Of a stretch of DNA of 64,000 nucleotides, positions 33,222 through 52,812 are shown one piece after another. Where the stretch lies: assembly GCF_009914755.1 (NCBI RefSeq), contig NC_060927.1; one strand, written 5' to 3'. A program made the position numbers and the translations under genes. This DNA is from the human T2T-CHM13v2.0 reference genome, Homo sapiens. The notes beneath the pieces are model-generated. The model ran no database searches, was not told where the DNA came from, and was given only the letters and a program-made list of their open reading frames with translations. Each line of letters starts with the position of its first letter. Within the stretch, counting starts at the first letter, position 1.

Positions 33222-33519
33222 TTTTTTTTTTTTTCCGAGACAGAGTCTTGCTCTGTCACCCAGGCTGGAGTGCAATGGCATGATCTCAGCTCACTGCAAC
33301 CTCTGCCTCCCGGGTTTCAAGCGATTCTCCTGCCTCGGCCTCCTGAGTAGCTGGGATTACAGGCGTGTGCTACCACGCCAGGCTAATTTTTGTATTTTTT
33401 TAGTAGAGACGGGGTTCCACCATGTTGGTCAAGCTGGACTCGAACTCCTGACCTCGTGATCTGCCCACCTCGGCCTCCCAAAATGCTGGGATTACAGGTG
33501 TGAATCACTGCACCTGGCC
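33222..33519 (-). mobile_element. AluS
   Basis: TSD TGTATGATTT at 33212 and 33520. Confidence 0.9.
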
Positions 33520-33538
33520 TGTATGATTTCTTTTATAT

Positions 33539-33871
33539 CAGGGGTCCCCAACCCCTAGGTCATGCGCTGGTACCAGTCCAGGGCCTGTTAGGAACCGGGC
33601 CACACAACAGGAGGTGAGCAGGGAGCAAGCAAGCATTACCACCTGAGCTCCGCCTCCTGTCACATCAGTGGCATGAGGTTCTCACAGGAGCTGGAGAATC
33701 AAATTGTGAACTGCACATGTGAGGGATCTAGGTTGCATGCTCTTTTTGAGAATCTAATGCCTGATGATCTGAGGTGGAACAGCTTCATCCCCAAACCACC
33801 CCATCTCCATCTGTGGAAAAATTGTCATCCACAAAACCGGTCCCTGGTGCCAAAAAGACTGGGGACCACTG
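33539..33871 (+). mobile_element. MER1B hAT-Charlie DNA transposon inserted in an old L1
   Basis: CAGGGGTCCCCAACCCC ... GGGGACCACTG TIRs; 8-bp TSD TTTTATAT/ATTTATAT. Confidence 0.85.
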
Positions 33872-34657
33872 ATTTATATAACAATCTTGAAATGACACAA
33901 TTATAAAAATGGAGATCAGATGAGTGGTTACCAAGGGTTAAGGTGGGGGTGAAGATGGGAGGGAAGTGGGGCAGCTATAAAAGAGTAACATGAAGGATCT
34001 TTGTGGTGATGGAAACGTTCTGTGTCTTGACTGAATCAACACAAATACGGTGGTTATGATGTACTAGAGTTTTGAAGATGGTACCACTGGGGCAAACTGG
34101 GTAAGGGATCTCTCTCTGTTACTTCTTAAAACTGCATGTGACTCTATAATTGTCTCAAAATAAAAAGCTTAACAAAAAATATGCAAAAATCTAAGTTAAG
34201 AACATCTAGCCAGTACTTTTTGTTGTTGCTGTTTGTTTTGTTTTTTGTTTTTTTTCTACCATCTAGCCAGTACTGTTAATCAGTATATTATCTGGTTTCC
34301 TAGACAATGAAGAGTCCGCCACGTGAAGATCTGGAGAAAGATTTGAGATAAGAGAGTTCCAGACAGGGAAACAAGCAATTGAGAAAGCTTAATAGGAAAA
34401 CAAAACTATCATGTTGAAAAAACAGAAAGTAGACTGGTGTCACTGGAGTATAGTGAGAGACAGGCAGATAATAAAGATGAGATGAAAAGGACAGGCATGG
34501 GCCAGGTAATCTAAATCTTTACAGACCACTGTAAGGCATATGAATCTTATGTTTAAGTGGTATATGGGTAGAATCCAATAATTATTAGGTTTCTTTTTTT
34601 GGTAAGCCTGAAGACAAGAATCCTATGTACCCAAGGAGATAATAAAAAGCCCAAGGA

Positions 34658-36880
<2,223 letters not shown>

Positions 36881-37841
36881 GAATGTGAGATACATCCAGA
36901 GGTAAAATCACATGGATAACATCCTATACCCCCCCCAATCATACTATGTTATAGTTTTTTTTAAACTAGTTACAGTTTTCCTAAACAACCTAAATACTGT
37001 AGAATGATTTGTTCCAGATGCCTTACATGAAATGTCCGTTAAGTATTAGATTACATAAAATCTCCACAAGTATTAGATTAAAAGGAATAATCACATGGTA
37101 ATACATAGATTGGATCATTGAGAAACCAAAAATTTACTTTCATCAACATAACTCATAAGGAATGTATTCAGTGTTTAGAAAGGTAAAATTATTCATAAAT
37201 CTGATTATGTATATACCTGTCTGTGTCATCCTGTCATAAATTAAGCCCTAAGGAAATTAAAGGTTATCTATTAAGACACAAACGTATTGGGCTTTGATTA
37301 CAAATTAATTTAAAAGCAAAAACTACCAAGCATTTTGTCATGTGATTTTTTTATCCACCAAAAGCCAGTCCGGTTAGCCCACCTCCACCTGCCTCTCCAA
37401 AAGGGGGTCTAAAGTTTAGACCTTTTGATATTTTGGTACTCTAAAGATCAAATGAAGTCAAGAGTCTTCCACTAGTTCTCTAGATTTCCTCTCCCACTCC
37501 ACGCTGCTGGGCAACTACCCATCTCGCACACCAGGGGAAGGCTTAAGGGTGCAATCTCTGGGGAGTATAAAATAGAGGCTGTCTAGACTGTGGGATAAAG
37601 GGAATGAGTTCCACCATGAAAACAGGGCAATTAAGTGACATGCCTGCGCACACACACATACTGAATGTTGAAGTCCTCCGGCTTTCCCTTTCTGCTCCCA
37701 AAACACTGGCAGCCAGCTCTTTATCCCCATCCAGGGGAATCTGGAGAATCTGGCCAACGGAAAAGGAAAAAATCCTAAATATACTGACATCTAGGTTTCC
37801 CCAATAAATGCCCCTGCCAGATCACTTTAGTGAAGCTCTAA

Positions 37842-41053
<3,212 letters not shown>

Positions 41054-41221
41054 TTATCTGATGGAGCTGACCTCATGCAGAACTGAGAAACATCTGGACT
41101 ATGTGGAAAGAACTAGCAAAAGGTATAAACAAAACTAAAGAAATGACAAATACATGTTGGCTTCCATGAAAACAAAACAAAAAAAAGAATCACAGTATAC
41201 TATACTGCTCTGCTGAGAATA

Positions 41222-42212
41222 CCACTGACCCTTAAACAACACAGATTTGAACTTCACATGTCTTACATGTAGATTTTCTTTCTCCTCTGCCACCTGACAC
41301 AGCAAGACCAATCCCTCCTCCTTCTCCTCAGTCTACTCCACATAAAAACAATGAGGATGAAGACCTTTACGATGAACCACTTCCAGTTAATAAATAGTAA
41401 ATATATTTTTTCTTCCTTATGATTTTTTTTTTTTTTTTGAGATGGAGAATCACTTGAACCCAGGAGGTGGAGGCTGCAGTGAGGTGAGATGGCATCACTA
41501 TACTCCAGTCTGGGAGACACAGATTTTATTTTATAGGCATTATCATCAAAGAGAGTGTCTTATATCCTTTGCAGTGGCTATTTTTCACTTACATTCTTCT
41601 TTTCAAATTTAAATAATGGTAACCTCTTATACATTTTAAAATAACCTTTATTTTTTAAAGCAGGTTTTTGTTTTGTTTTGTTTTGTTTTGATACAGTCTC
41701 GCTCTGTTGCCCAGGCTGGAGTGCAGTGGCGTGATCTTGGCTCACGATAAACTCTGCCTCCCGGGTTCAAGAGATTCTCATGACTCAGCCTCCTAGATAG
41801 CTGAGATTACAGGCACGTGCCACCATGCCCAGCTAATTTTTATATTTTTAGTAGAGATGGGGTTTCGCCATGTTGGCCATGCTGGTCTTGAACTCCTGAC
41901 TTCAAGTGATCCGCCTGCCTCGGCCTCCCAAAGTGCTGGGATTACAGGCGTGAGCCACCACACCCGGCTTCTTCCTTATGATTTTAATAACATTTTCTTA
42001 TCTCTAGCTTACTTTATTGTAAGAGTACAGTATATAATACACACAACATATAAGACATGGCAATTAACTGTTTATGTTATCAGGTTTAAGGCTTCTGGTC
42101 AACAGTAAGCTATGAGTAGTTAAGTTTCTGGGGGGACAAAAATTTGGTTGTCAACTGATGGGGGGGCGGTGTTGGCACCCCTAACCCGTGCACTGTTGAA
42201 GGGTCAATTGTA
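41222..42212. mobile_element. Tigger2-like TcMar element interrupted by a composite Alu insertion
   Basis: TGACCCTTAAACAACAC ... GTTGAAGGGTCAATTG TIRs followed by TA. Confidence 0.7.
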
Positions 42213-42227
42213 CTGTATTTATATATG

Positions 42228-43898
42228 CCAGCAGCTCTCCAACTGTGGTCTGCAGATCTCATGAGGTCTCCTTTCAGGGGACCCACATGGGCAAAACTAT
42301 ATTCATACTACTACCAAAGCCATTTGCATTTTCCACTGTGTTGATATTTGTACTGATGTTGCAAAAGCAGTGGTGGGTAAAACTGCCGGTACCTTAGTGC
42401 AAATCGAGTCAGTGGCACTAAACGTATAGTTGCCATTAGATCCTCTCTTCACCATCCTGTGCTTGCAGTTAAAAAATTAAAAAGCCAGTTTTACTTAAGA
42501 ATGTCCTTAATGAAGCAATAAAAATGACTAATTTTATTAAATCTCAAGCCTTGAGTATATATCTTTTCAATATTCTATGGAATTAAATGGAAACTATACA
42601 TAAAGCATTTCTGCATGCAATTATGGTAACTGTCTTGAGGAAAATCTCTTGTGTGTTTTAAATTGCAAGCTGAACTAGCCATCATTTTTAAAAAGAAGAA
42701 ATGACAGAAAAACTATGTATTTACAATATTTGACAAACATTTTCTCAAAAAGTAATAAAGGAAGCCTATCATTTCAAGGAAAGTAACTATGGTAACAGTA
42801 TTTGTTGTCAATAAAATTTGAGCTTTCAGGCAAAAATCAGAATTGTATCCATCATCATGAACTTGACAGATTCCCAATACTGATGAAATTGGTATTTCAT
42901 CAGATATTAACAAAAGTGATATGGAAGACTTCCTTAGCGAACCAAAATTTCCAAAATGACCAATTCACGATGCTAAAAAACTCTGCTTGGGTAAAAAGAT
43001 CCATTTAAAATGCAGGATCAATCAATGAGATTTTAATTTAGCAGAGTAAAAAAGTTCACGAATATGATTTCAGATTCTACACTGCAATAACCTTTAAGTA
43101 ACCATCACTTGTTAAGTTTTAGTGAAATACCAAAGAAAAATACCCATAATTACCTGAAAAGGCTATTAAAGTATTCCTCCTACCTTTTCCAACTACATAT
43201 CTGTGTGCGGCTGGATTTTCTTCATATATTTCAACTGAAACACCTCATCACAGCAGATTACAAAGGCAAGTGTTAATAGATATGATAATTGCCTTCTATT
43301 AAGCTGGACATCAGAAAAGATTTTCTAAAAAGTAAATCAATGCCACCTTTCTATTTTGAAAATATAATTTTTTTCATAAAGTTATTTTAGGATATAATGA
43401 GTTTATTAGTGTCATTTAGAAAAAATAAGTAGTTTACAAATGTCTCCATTTTCCTTTTCTTTTTTTCTTTTTTCAGACAGGGTCTCCTAAGTTGGAACAT
43501 ACTGGTGTGATCATGGCTCACTGCAGCCTCAACCTCCCATGTGATTCTCCCACCCCAGCATCTCAAGTAACTGGAACCACAGGCACATGCCACCATGCCC
43601 ACCTGGATAATTTCTTTCTTTCTTTTTTTTTTTTTTCTTTTTTTCATTTTGTTTTGTTTTTAGTGGAGATGAGGTCTCAGGCTAGTCTCAAACTCCTGAG
43701 CCCAGCTGATCTTCCCACCTTGGCCTCCCAAAGTGCTGAGATTACCAAGCTGTGAGCCATCACGCCTGGCCACGGTTTTAATTTCTAATACAGTAAATGT
43801 TGGAAGATACAGCCCACATAAACAGAAGTTGTTTGGGGTCCTCAGTAAGTTTTCACAGGGCAAAAGGATTCTGAAACCAAAAAATTTGAGAACTACTG
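42228..43898. mobile_element. Charlie1-like hAT element interrupted by AluJ (43447-43771)
   Basis: CAGCAGCTCTCCAACTGTGGTC ... TTTGAGAACTACTG termini; degenerate AT-rich interior. Confidence 0.55.
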
Positions 43899-43954
43899 AC
43901 ATAGGTATTATAATAAACACTAAATATGAATTTAACCACAATTGTTAAACATTA

Positions 43955-44370
<416 letters not shown>

Positions 44371-44973
44371 CTAACACAAACGTCATTTCATTCTAACCTG
44401 TGATATCTATCTTCCTTACTAAGCCATGACCTCCAGAGATGCTATCTTCACCTCTGTAACCCAAGGCCTGATTACACGTATCATATACCAATTAATAAAT
44501 AATTATTTGACTCAGCGAATGAATAAATGAATGAGGTAGCCCAATTCACAAAATTAAGTCATACTCACCAAACAACTGTTTCTTCCATTTTTAAAAATCT
44601 ACATACAGCAGCTCTGCAAAGTTGTTTTTGTTTTTTTTTGTTTTTTTTTTTTTGAGATGGAGTCTCGCTCTGTCGCCAGGCTGGAGTGCAGTGGTGCAAT
44701 CTCAGCTCGCTGCAACCTCTGCCTGTCACATTCAAGCGATTCTCCTACCTCAACCTCCTGAGTAGCTGCGACTACAGGCGTGCACCGCCACACCCAGCTA
44801 ATTTTTGTATTTTTAGTAGAGACGGGGTTTCACCATGTTGTCCAGGATGGTCTTGATCTCTTGACCTCATGATCTGCCTGCCTCGGCCTCCCAAAGCGTT
44901 TGGATTACTGGTGTGAGCCACTGCGCTCGGCCTTTTTTTTTTTTTTTTTTTGAGACAGAGTCTCGCTCTGTAG

Positions 44974-45096
<123 letters not shown>

Positions 45097-45099
45097 TAA

Positions 45100-45246
<147 letters not shown>

Positions 45247-45586
45247 TAAATCAGTGATTCTATGATTTGTAATGTAATGAATTTACACCATTCATTATGT
45301 AAATACACGGAAAACCACATATATACAAAGGAATATATATCCATATTGATCTATCTATATTGGCCATTTCTTTCCTTACCTGTGATAACTTACAGCAGGC
45401 ACTCTTGAATTTCAATAACACTAAGACTTTTTTCCCTCCTCTTTTCTTACCTCTTAATCTCTTTTGGTCCCTCTGGATTATACCTCCCCTTTATGTACCA
45501 TCAACCACCTTTAGTTTAGCATGACCAACAAAAGACCCCTGATAGCTCCCAGAACCTAGAGACAAACTAGAGAAAAACAATCTTAC

Positions 45587-45680
45587 CAATAGTATGATTT
45601 CCATAAAGGAGCTGCTCCAAAATTGCAGTTTTCCCCACAGATAACAATCCACAAACCACAACCTTGCAGCCCTTTCCCAT
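45587..45680 (-). CDS. NKIRAS1: NKIRAS1 first coding exon (whole exon 45587-45697)
   Basis: Acceptor ctccacag|TGATATCC at 45697, ATG at 45680. Translates [31 protein letters not shown](G) (P-loop GxxxxGKT); donor G|gtaag. Confidence 0.96.
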
Positions 45681-46104
45681 CTTCTCTCAGGATATCACTG
45701 TGGAGAGAATAACAGGTCTTTTAAATTGTATACTGTTGAAATTAACCATTTCTTTTTCTTTCAGTATTTCAATTTAATATGTAACACATGCACAGGGGAA
45801 ATTTTCAAATACAGAAAAGGAGATATAGAATAAGGTATAGCCTTCCAAACCCCATTCCCCAGTCTCCCATTTCCTCCCTTAGAGCAATAAGCATTATCAG
45901 TTTCTTATATATCTCACGGAGACAATGTAGATAAATATAAGAATACAGGCCAGGCACAGTGGCTCATGCCTGCAATCCTACCACTTTGGGAGTCCAAGGC
46001 GGGTGGATCACCTGAGGTCAAGAGTTCGGCACCAGCCTGGCCAACATGGTGAAACCCCATCTCTACTAAAAATACAAAAATTAGCCAGGCGTGGTGGCAC
46101 TCAC

Positions 46105-46226
46105 CTGTAATCCCAGCTACTGGGGAGGCTGAGGCAGGAGAATCACTTGAACCCAGGGGGCGGAGGTTGCACTGAGCTGAGATTGCACCACTTCACTCCA
46201 GCCTGGGTGAAAGAGCTAGACTCTGT
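46105..46226 (-). other. NKIRAS1: Probable Alu-derived non-coding 5' UTR exon of NKIRAS1 (122 nt)
   Basis: Antisense Alu right arm with acceptor ttgtttgttttcag|ACAGAG and a consensus donor TTACAG|gtgagt, 407 nt upstream of the ATG-containing exon. Confidence 0.7.
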
Positions 46227-46425
46227 CTGAAAACAAACAAACAAAAAAACACATGGATAGGTATGAATACATCTTTGTTTTCAAAAAGAATAAATACATT
46301 TTATATGAAGAATATTTCAATACTGATTAAGTCTATAGCAATCCAACAGACTCTTAAATCCTTGAAAGAGACTGCCTACTCATCAATATTTACCTGGAAA
46401 AATAAACATTTAAGTAAAAATTTAA

Positions 46426-46701
<276 letters not shown>

Positions 46702-46899
46702 TGAAATTTTTGTATTTTTAGTAGAGACGGGGTTTCACTATGTTGGCCAGGATGGTCTCAAACTCCTGACCTCAAGTGATCCGCCTGCCTTGGCCTCCCA
46801 AAGTGCTACGATTACAGGCGTGAGCTACTGCGCCTGGCTGTCACGTGGGCTTTCTTAATCATATTTCTTTTTGAGGAAGAATAGACAACTCTAGAAAAA

Positions 46900-47840
<941 letters not shown>

Positions 47841-49819
47841 GTAATACACTACAAATGTACTTTGATCACTCATTGATAATATGATTATCAGGATAATATA
47901 ATTATCAGGATAATAGGATTAACAGACAACGTTTGCTAAAAATTATACATTGTTTTGTATTGTATGTATATATTAATAAATTGGGGAGTTCCTTTTGATA
48001 TTACCAAAGAAGTCTTCATCATGGGCAAACGGTAAAAGTAACTGAATAAAAGTAGCTCAAAACACTAGCTAAGAATTTTAAGCATTTTTTGGAAGGAAAG
48101 CAAAGAGATGACAGAACAGACCTCATTAAATATTTTACACTATCAAAAAGAAAACAAAGATGAAAAGATAAGTGTGATTAATCAAAGCAGGCTGAAATAT
48201 TCTAGGTTCCTGGTTGCCTTCCAAATAGGAAACAATACCACTACATAAAGCAGATGAGTGCCTTGCTACCATCAATTACAAAGTTAAGAATTCTTTAAAA
48301 AATAATTAACATTTTGAATAAATAACACATACACAAAAATACTTTATTTTCTATAAATGATCGCTATGGCAGGAACTCACATTACAAATAAGTGGTTCTC
48401 ATGCTTAGATATTTTCAGATTTACAAATAAAAACTACTAAAAGTTTGGTTCTTAAAGCACTTATAATTATTTAATAATTCCCAAACACAATAAATGTACA
48501 CCAGTTCCTGCGAAATATACAAAGGTGGTCATCTGCAGTACCCTGAATGGGCACTGAATCACATGAACCGATCCTGGGGTAACCAAGCCTCTTACTTAAA
48601 TCTAGGTTTCAAGAATTTGAAAGGCTCTGTAGTACATGGGTCACCTTTAGGTTCCTTTCAACACTGTGATGCCATGATATTAGAAGTTGCTTATCCAGAG
48701 AATACATCAACACTGAGGTGAACACAAAAAGCAGTAGTTACAGCTACTTGTCACATCCCTACCCTAAGAAACTGGGCAATAAAATTCAATCTGTGACCTA
48801 TTAAACCTCACCTGATGTAAATTACTAAGAGAACGTGCTTAATAGGCAAGATTCAGGGCAGTCTTAAATACTTATTGCTTTACTTTCCAGGCTAATCAAT
48901 AACATTGCTAGAGAATAAATACAACCTCCTCTCTCCAACTTGAGGCTAAAAAAAAAAAAAAACAGAGAGTAAATATATGACCTGGTCCATTCCTGTGAAA
49001 TGCTTTGTCAACATTTTCTTTGAAGAGCCATCAGAAACAGCTCCCCAAAACCGTTATTGCTTCTGTTCTTCTATGTAAGTGGGCCATTCTATTTTTATAA
49101 GTAAAACACAACTTTCTGACGCAACCAGAAAAACAATACCAAAACACTGTTAACATCATAGGAGAGATGTTATAAATCTCTAAAAATACTGTCATGTGGG
49201 GAAACCACCTACACTGTGTATTTACTTATGTCAACATTATGTATAGTGTGGAATACTTTCACTTATCCATATATGAATATATTTACATACATAAAAATAT
49301 ATTCAACAGGTTTTGCACACAGTATTGCACAAAATAAAATGTAATAAAGCAGATTCTAGCTTACCATTCTTTTATTCATTTACCAAACATTTACTGAGGG
49401 CCTGCCATCATGCCAGCCATCAGGGACAAACTAGGGGGCAAAAACAGAAATCATCCCTTGTCCTCAGGAATCTCAAAATCAACTGGAAACACAAATCCAA
49501 ATCTTGTAAAACTGTTAACTGAGAAACTACAAATTGAGAAACAAAACTGCAAATGTGATTGATAAATTAGCAGTGATTATTCACACTACTAGAATTGTTT
49601 TTCCAAATGATTCATCCAACTTTTTAAATTTTATTTTTACTGCTCCTTTAGGAGCAGGACTACGCCCATAGGCAGCGTACCTACAGTAGCACATTCAACT
49701 TTTTAGTCATCCTCACCTTTGAAATACATACAGGGCTGCACTACTTACCATTTTCATCACTACTGAAGTGGTCTGGGTGAGGCACCATGTTCTCTCACCT
49801 GGTCTCTCAAAGATATCGT

Positions 49820-50272
49820 AATCCCCCAAACCTGTGAATATGTTTACTTTACATACTCATACAAGAATTTTGCGGGGGTGATTAAATTAAGAACTTCCAT
49901 ACGAAGATATTATCCTGAATTATCTAGGTGGGCCCAGTGTAATCACAAGTGTCTTTATAAGAGACACACAGGAGTGCTGGAGAGGACAGAAGGTGTAATT
50001 GGAAGATGCTCCTTTGCTGGCTGTGAAGATGAAGGAAGCAGTCAGGAGCCAAGGAATTCAGGCAGGCTTCATAAGGTGGAAAAGCCAAGGAAATAAATGT
50101 ACTCTCCCCTAGTACCTCCAGAAGGAACACAGCCCTACTGACTTTGGTTTTAGCTTGGTGATATTTACAGATTTACAGACCTAGTCTGATGTACAAACTA
50201 AAAGACGGTAAATTTGTATTATTAACCAACAAAGTTGCTGAAATTTGTTACAGGAGCAATGGAAGACTAACA
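49820..50272. mobile_element. MLT1C/D-like MaLR LTR
   Basis: CCTGTGAATATGTT...GGTGGGCCCAGTGTAATCACAAG...TTTGTTACAGGAGCAATGGAAGACTAACACA. Confidence 0.6.
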
Positions 50273-51559
50273 CAATTTCCTAAGCAGTCTCTCTGCTTCC
50301 ATTTTTTCTCTCCTTTTAGCCTCAAAAGGAGCAATCCGAGTTATCTTTTTAAAATGTACGCCATATGAAGTCATCCTTCTGTTCAAAATCTGCCAATGAA
50401 ATCCAAAGTCCATGTGAGAACCTTCACCTCTCCGACGTCATTTCCCACTTTCCCCTACTGTGAATTTCAGCCACACTGCTTCCCTGCTGTTCCTCTATTA
50501 ATCTTGCATGCTCCAGTCATGGCTCTTCTCCCTCTGCCTGAATCAGACCCCTACTCTTACTCCCAGACTCCTATCCTTGAAGTCCTTTCTTAAATGTTAC
50601 CTTCTCTCAAAGACTTAACCTGGACACTCCATTCCAAATTGCAACCCTCAGCCGCTAACACTCCCTCATCACTTCCCTCCCCTTATCTTTTTTCCTTAGC
50701 ATTTACCACCAAACCCAAAACACAGCTTACTTCTGCTTACTGCCCATTTCCAAGAAGGCCAAAAATTCTGCGTTGTTTCCTGCTGCATCCCCAGCAACTA
50801 TGCCTGGCACATATTAGACACTTAATAAATATTTGTTGAATCAATCAATGAACCAGATAGAGACTCTTAAAAACGTAAAGCTGTGATTTAAAAAGAAAGA
50901 AAGAAAAATATGATGTGGGAAAAAAGATAATCAAAACCGCTACGATTAAGAGATAATGATTCTCTTAAGCCTTTGCCACATCTGAACGCATAATCTGGAA
51001 GGAAATTAAAGCCACATGACTTAAATTAAAGCCAAGTGAAAATATTCTGGAGAAACAAAGTAAGCCAGTAACCTATTTCTCAATTTAAAAAAAAACCCGC
51101 AACGCAAAATGCCAGCATTTTCTCGGCATTTCTTCTCTAAAACATTCACACCTGCCAAACAGGTCTTGGCAAATAAACATTCTGCTCTTCTGAAAAACTG
51201 TGGTTCTCATGTTAGCAAATTTGGGACGAAATCCGTATGCAGAAAAAGCGCCGGGCCGCCCGCAATCCACCCACTCCATGACCCTTTTTTAGGACAAAAT
51301 CCCTGGGCGCTGGGGCCTGCTGGAGGAGCTTCACGCAGTCTGGAGCTGAAGGGACACAGCGAGCGCCCCGACCCGCGACGCCCCGACTCCGCGAAGGCCT
51401 CCCTGGGAGGCTGGGGAAGCGTCGGGGGATCTCTCAGCGCAGCTCTGGGGCCCAGATTTCTGCGCCCGTCGTGCGGTGGCCAGAGAGGGACAGCGCAGCG
51501 CGGAGACGCGGAGACGCAGAGACTCCGCAGGGGGAGAGCCCGCGGTGCGTGAAACAAAC

Positions 51560-51810
51560 CTGTTCTCTCCTCAGACCTCAAAGACAGCGGCTCCACCGCG
51601 GTACGCGGCCACCGGCTTTGGAGCCTGGACCCCAACTTGCCTCCTCTCGCGGAGAGACAGTCGCCGACGCTCGCTTAGCCGCCGAGACCTCGCCGCCAAC
51701 TCTCTCACCTCTCGAGACGCCCAGGCCGCTCAGGCTCGAATCTTGCGGAGCAGGGGGCGGGACAATAGCGGCCGCGGCGCCCCACTCGGCAGAACTCCGC
51801 CACCAGGCGC
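51560..51810 (-). other. NKIRAS1: NKIRAS1 non-coding first exon (5' boundary approximate)
   Basis: Lies in the CpG island, divergent from RPL15; candidate donor GAACAG|gtttgt at 51560/51559. TSS is not determinable from sequence. Confidence 0.6.
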
Positions 51811-51917
51811 GATGCCGGAACTACATGTCCCATGACGCTCTGGGAGGCCGCAGCTTTCCACCGGAAAGAGGGTGGCTGAGGTGGGGGAGGAGCCCAAAAG
51901 GCATTGTGGGAGTACAG

Positions 51918-51949
51918 CTCTTTCCTTTCCGTCTGGCGGCAGCCATCAG
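51918..51949 (+). promoter_or_regulatory. RPL15: RPL15 non-coding exon 1 with TCT initiator / 5' TOP tract
   Basis: CTCTTTCCTTTCC polypyrimidine start typical of ribosomal protein genes, followed by CAGCCATCAG|gtaggc donor. Confidence 0.85.
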
Positions 51950-52629
51950 GTAGGCTGCGTTGAGGATCTTTGCTCTTCCATCCGCCTTTGATCGTCTTCC
52001 TCTTCAGCCATCCAGGTCCGGGGACCCTGCGTCCTCGGAGATAGGTCTCCCTCCTGTGCGGCCAGAGTTTGGTCAGGATGCGGGACAGCAAAGGGGTGGA
52101 GAGGCGGCCCCCGGGGCGGGTTGAGCGAAGATGTGATGGCGGCGCGAATTCGAGCTGGGCCCGGATCCTGGAGGAGGCGTGGGGCTGACGAATGGGGCGC
52201 CCGGGACAAGGCAGCCTAAAGTGAGGCTGCTGGTTGGGTGGGGTAGATGCATTTTCCTCGAGAGTTAATCCTCGGTGGCCGCAGCAGTACCTTGTCCTGT
52301 GATGTCAGCGGCATCTCCTTTCAGGTCCTCCTTGGGGACGCCGCCTGCCGCAGCCACCCGCCCCCTTGGTGCTCAGTTCTGGTTCTGTTAATTCGCCCCA
52401 CCAAAACGTGCCGAGCACCGCTCTGTGCTGGGGTTGCGGAAGTGACTGAACGCGGCTCCGTGGGCGCAGTGGTGGGGGTTGGGCTAGCTGTCCCCGGCAG
52501 TTGGTGCAGAGCCATTTTCATTCCCGGCGGTTTCCTTGTTTTTGTTGGGGAACTAAGATGGACGGATACAGTCGTCTTATTGTACTTAAAGCGGATGATA
52601 TTTAATACACAGTTTGATTTCACAGGTAA

Positions 52630-52812
<183 letters not shown>

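Larger units (their letters stand above)
33030..34175 (+). mobile_element. Old L1M 3' end, interrupted by an Alu and MER1B
   Basis: CCATGGAATACTACTCA...AATGAACTACTGAT...GTGGTTACCAAGGGTTA...GTGGTGATGGAAACGTTCTG motifs. Confidence 0.6.
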
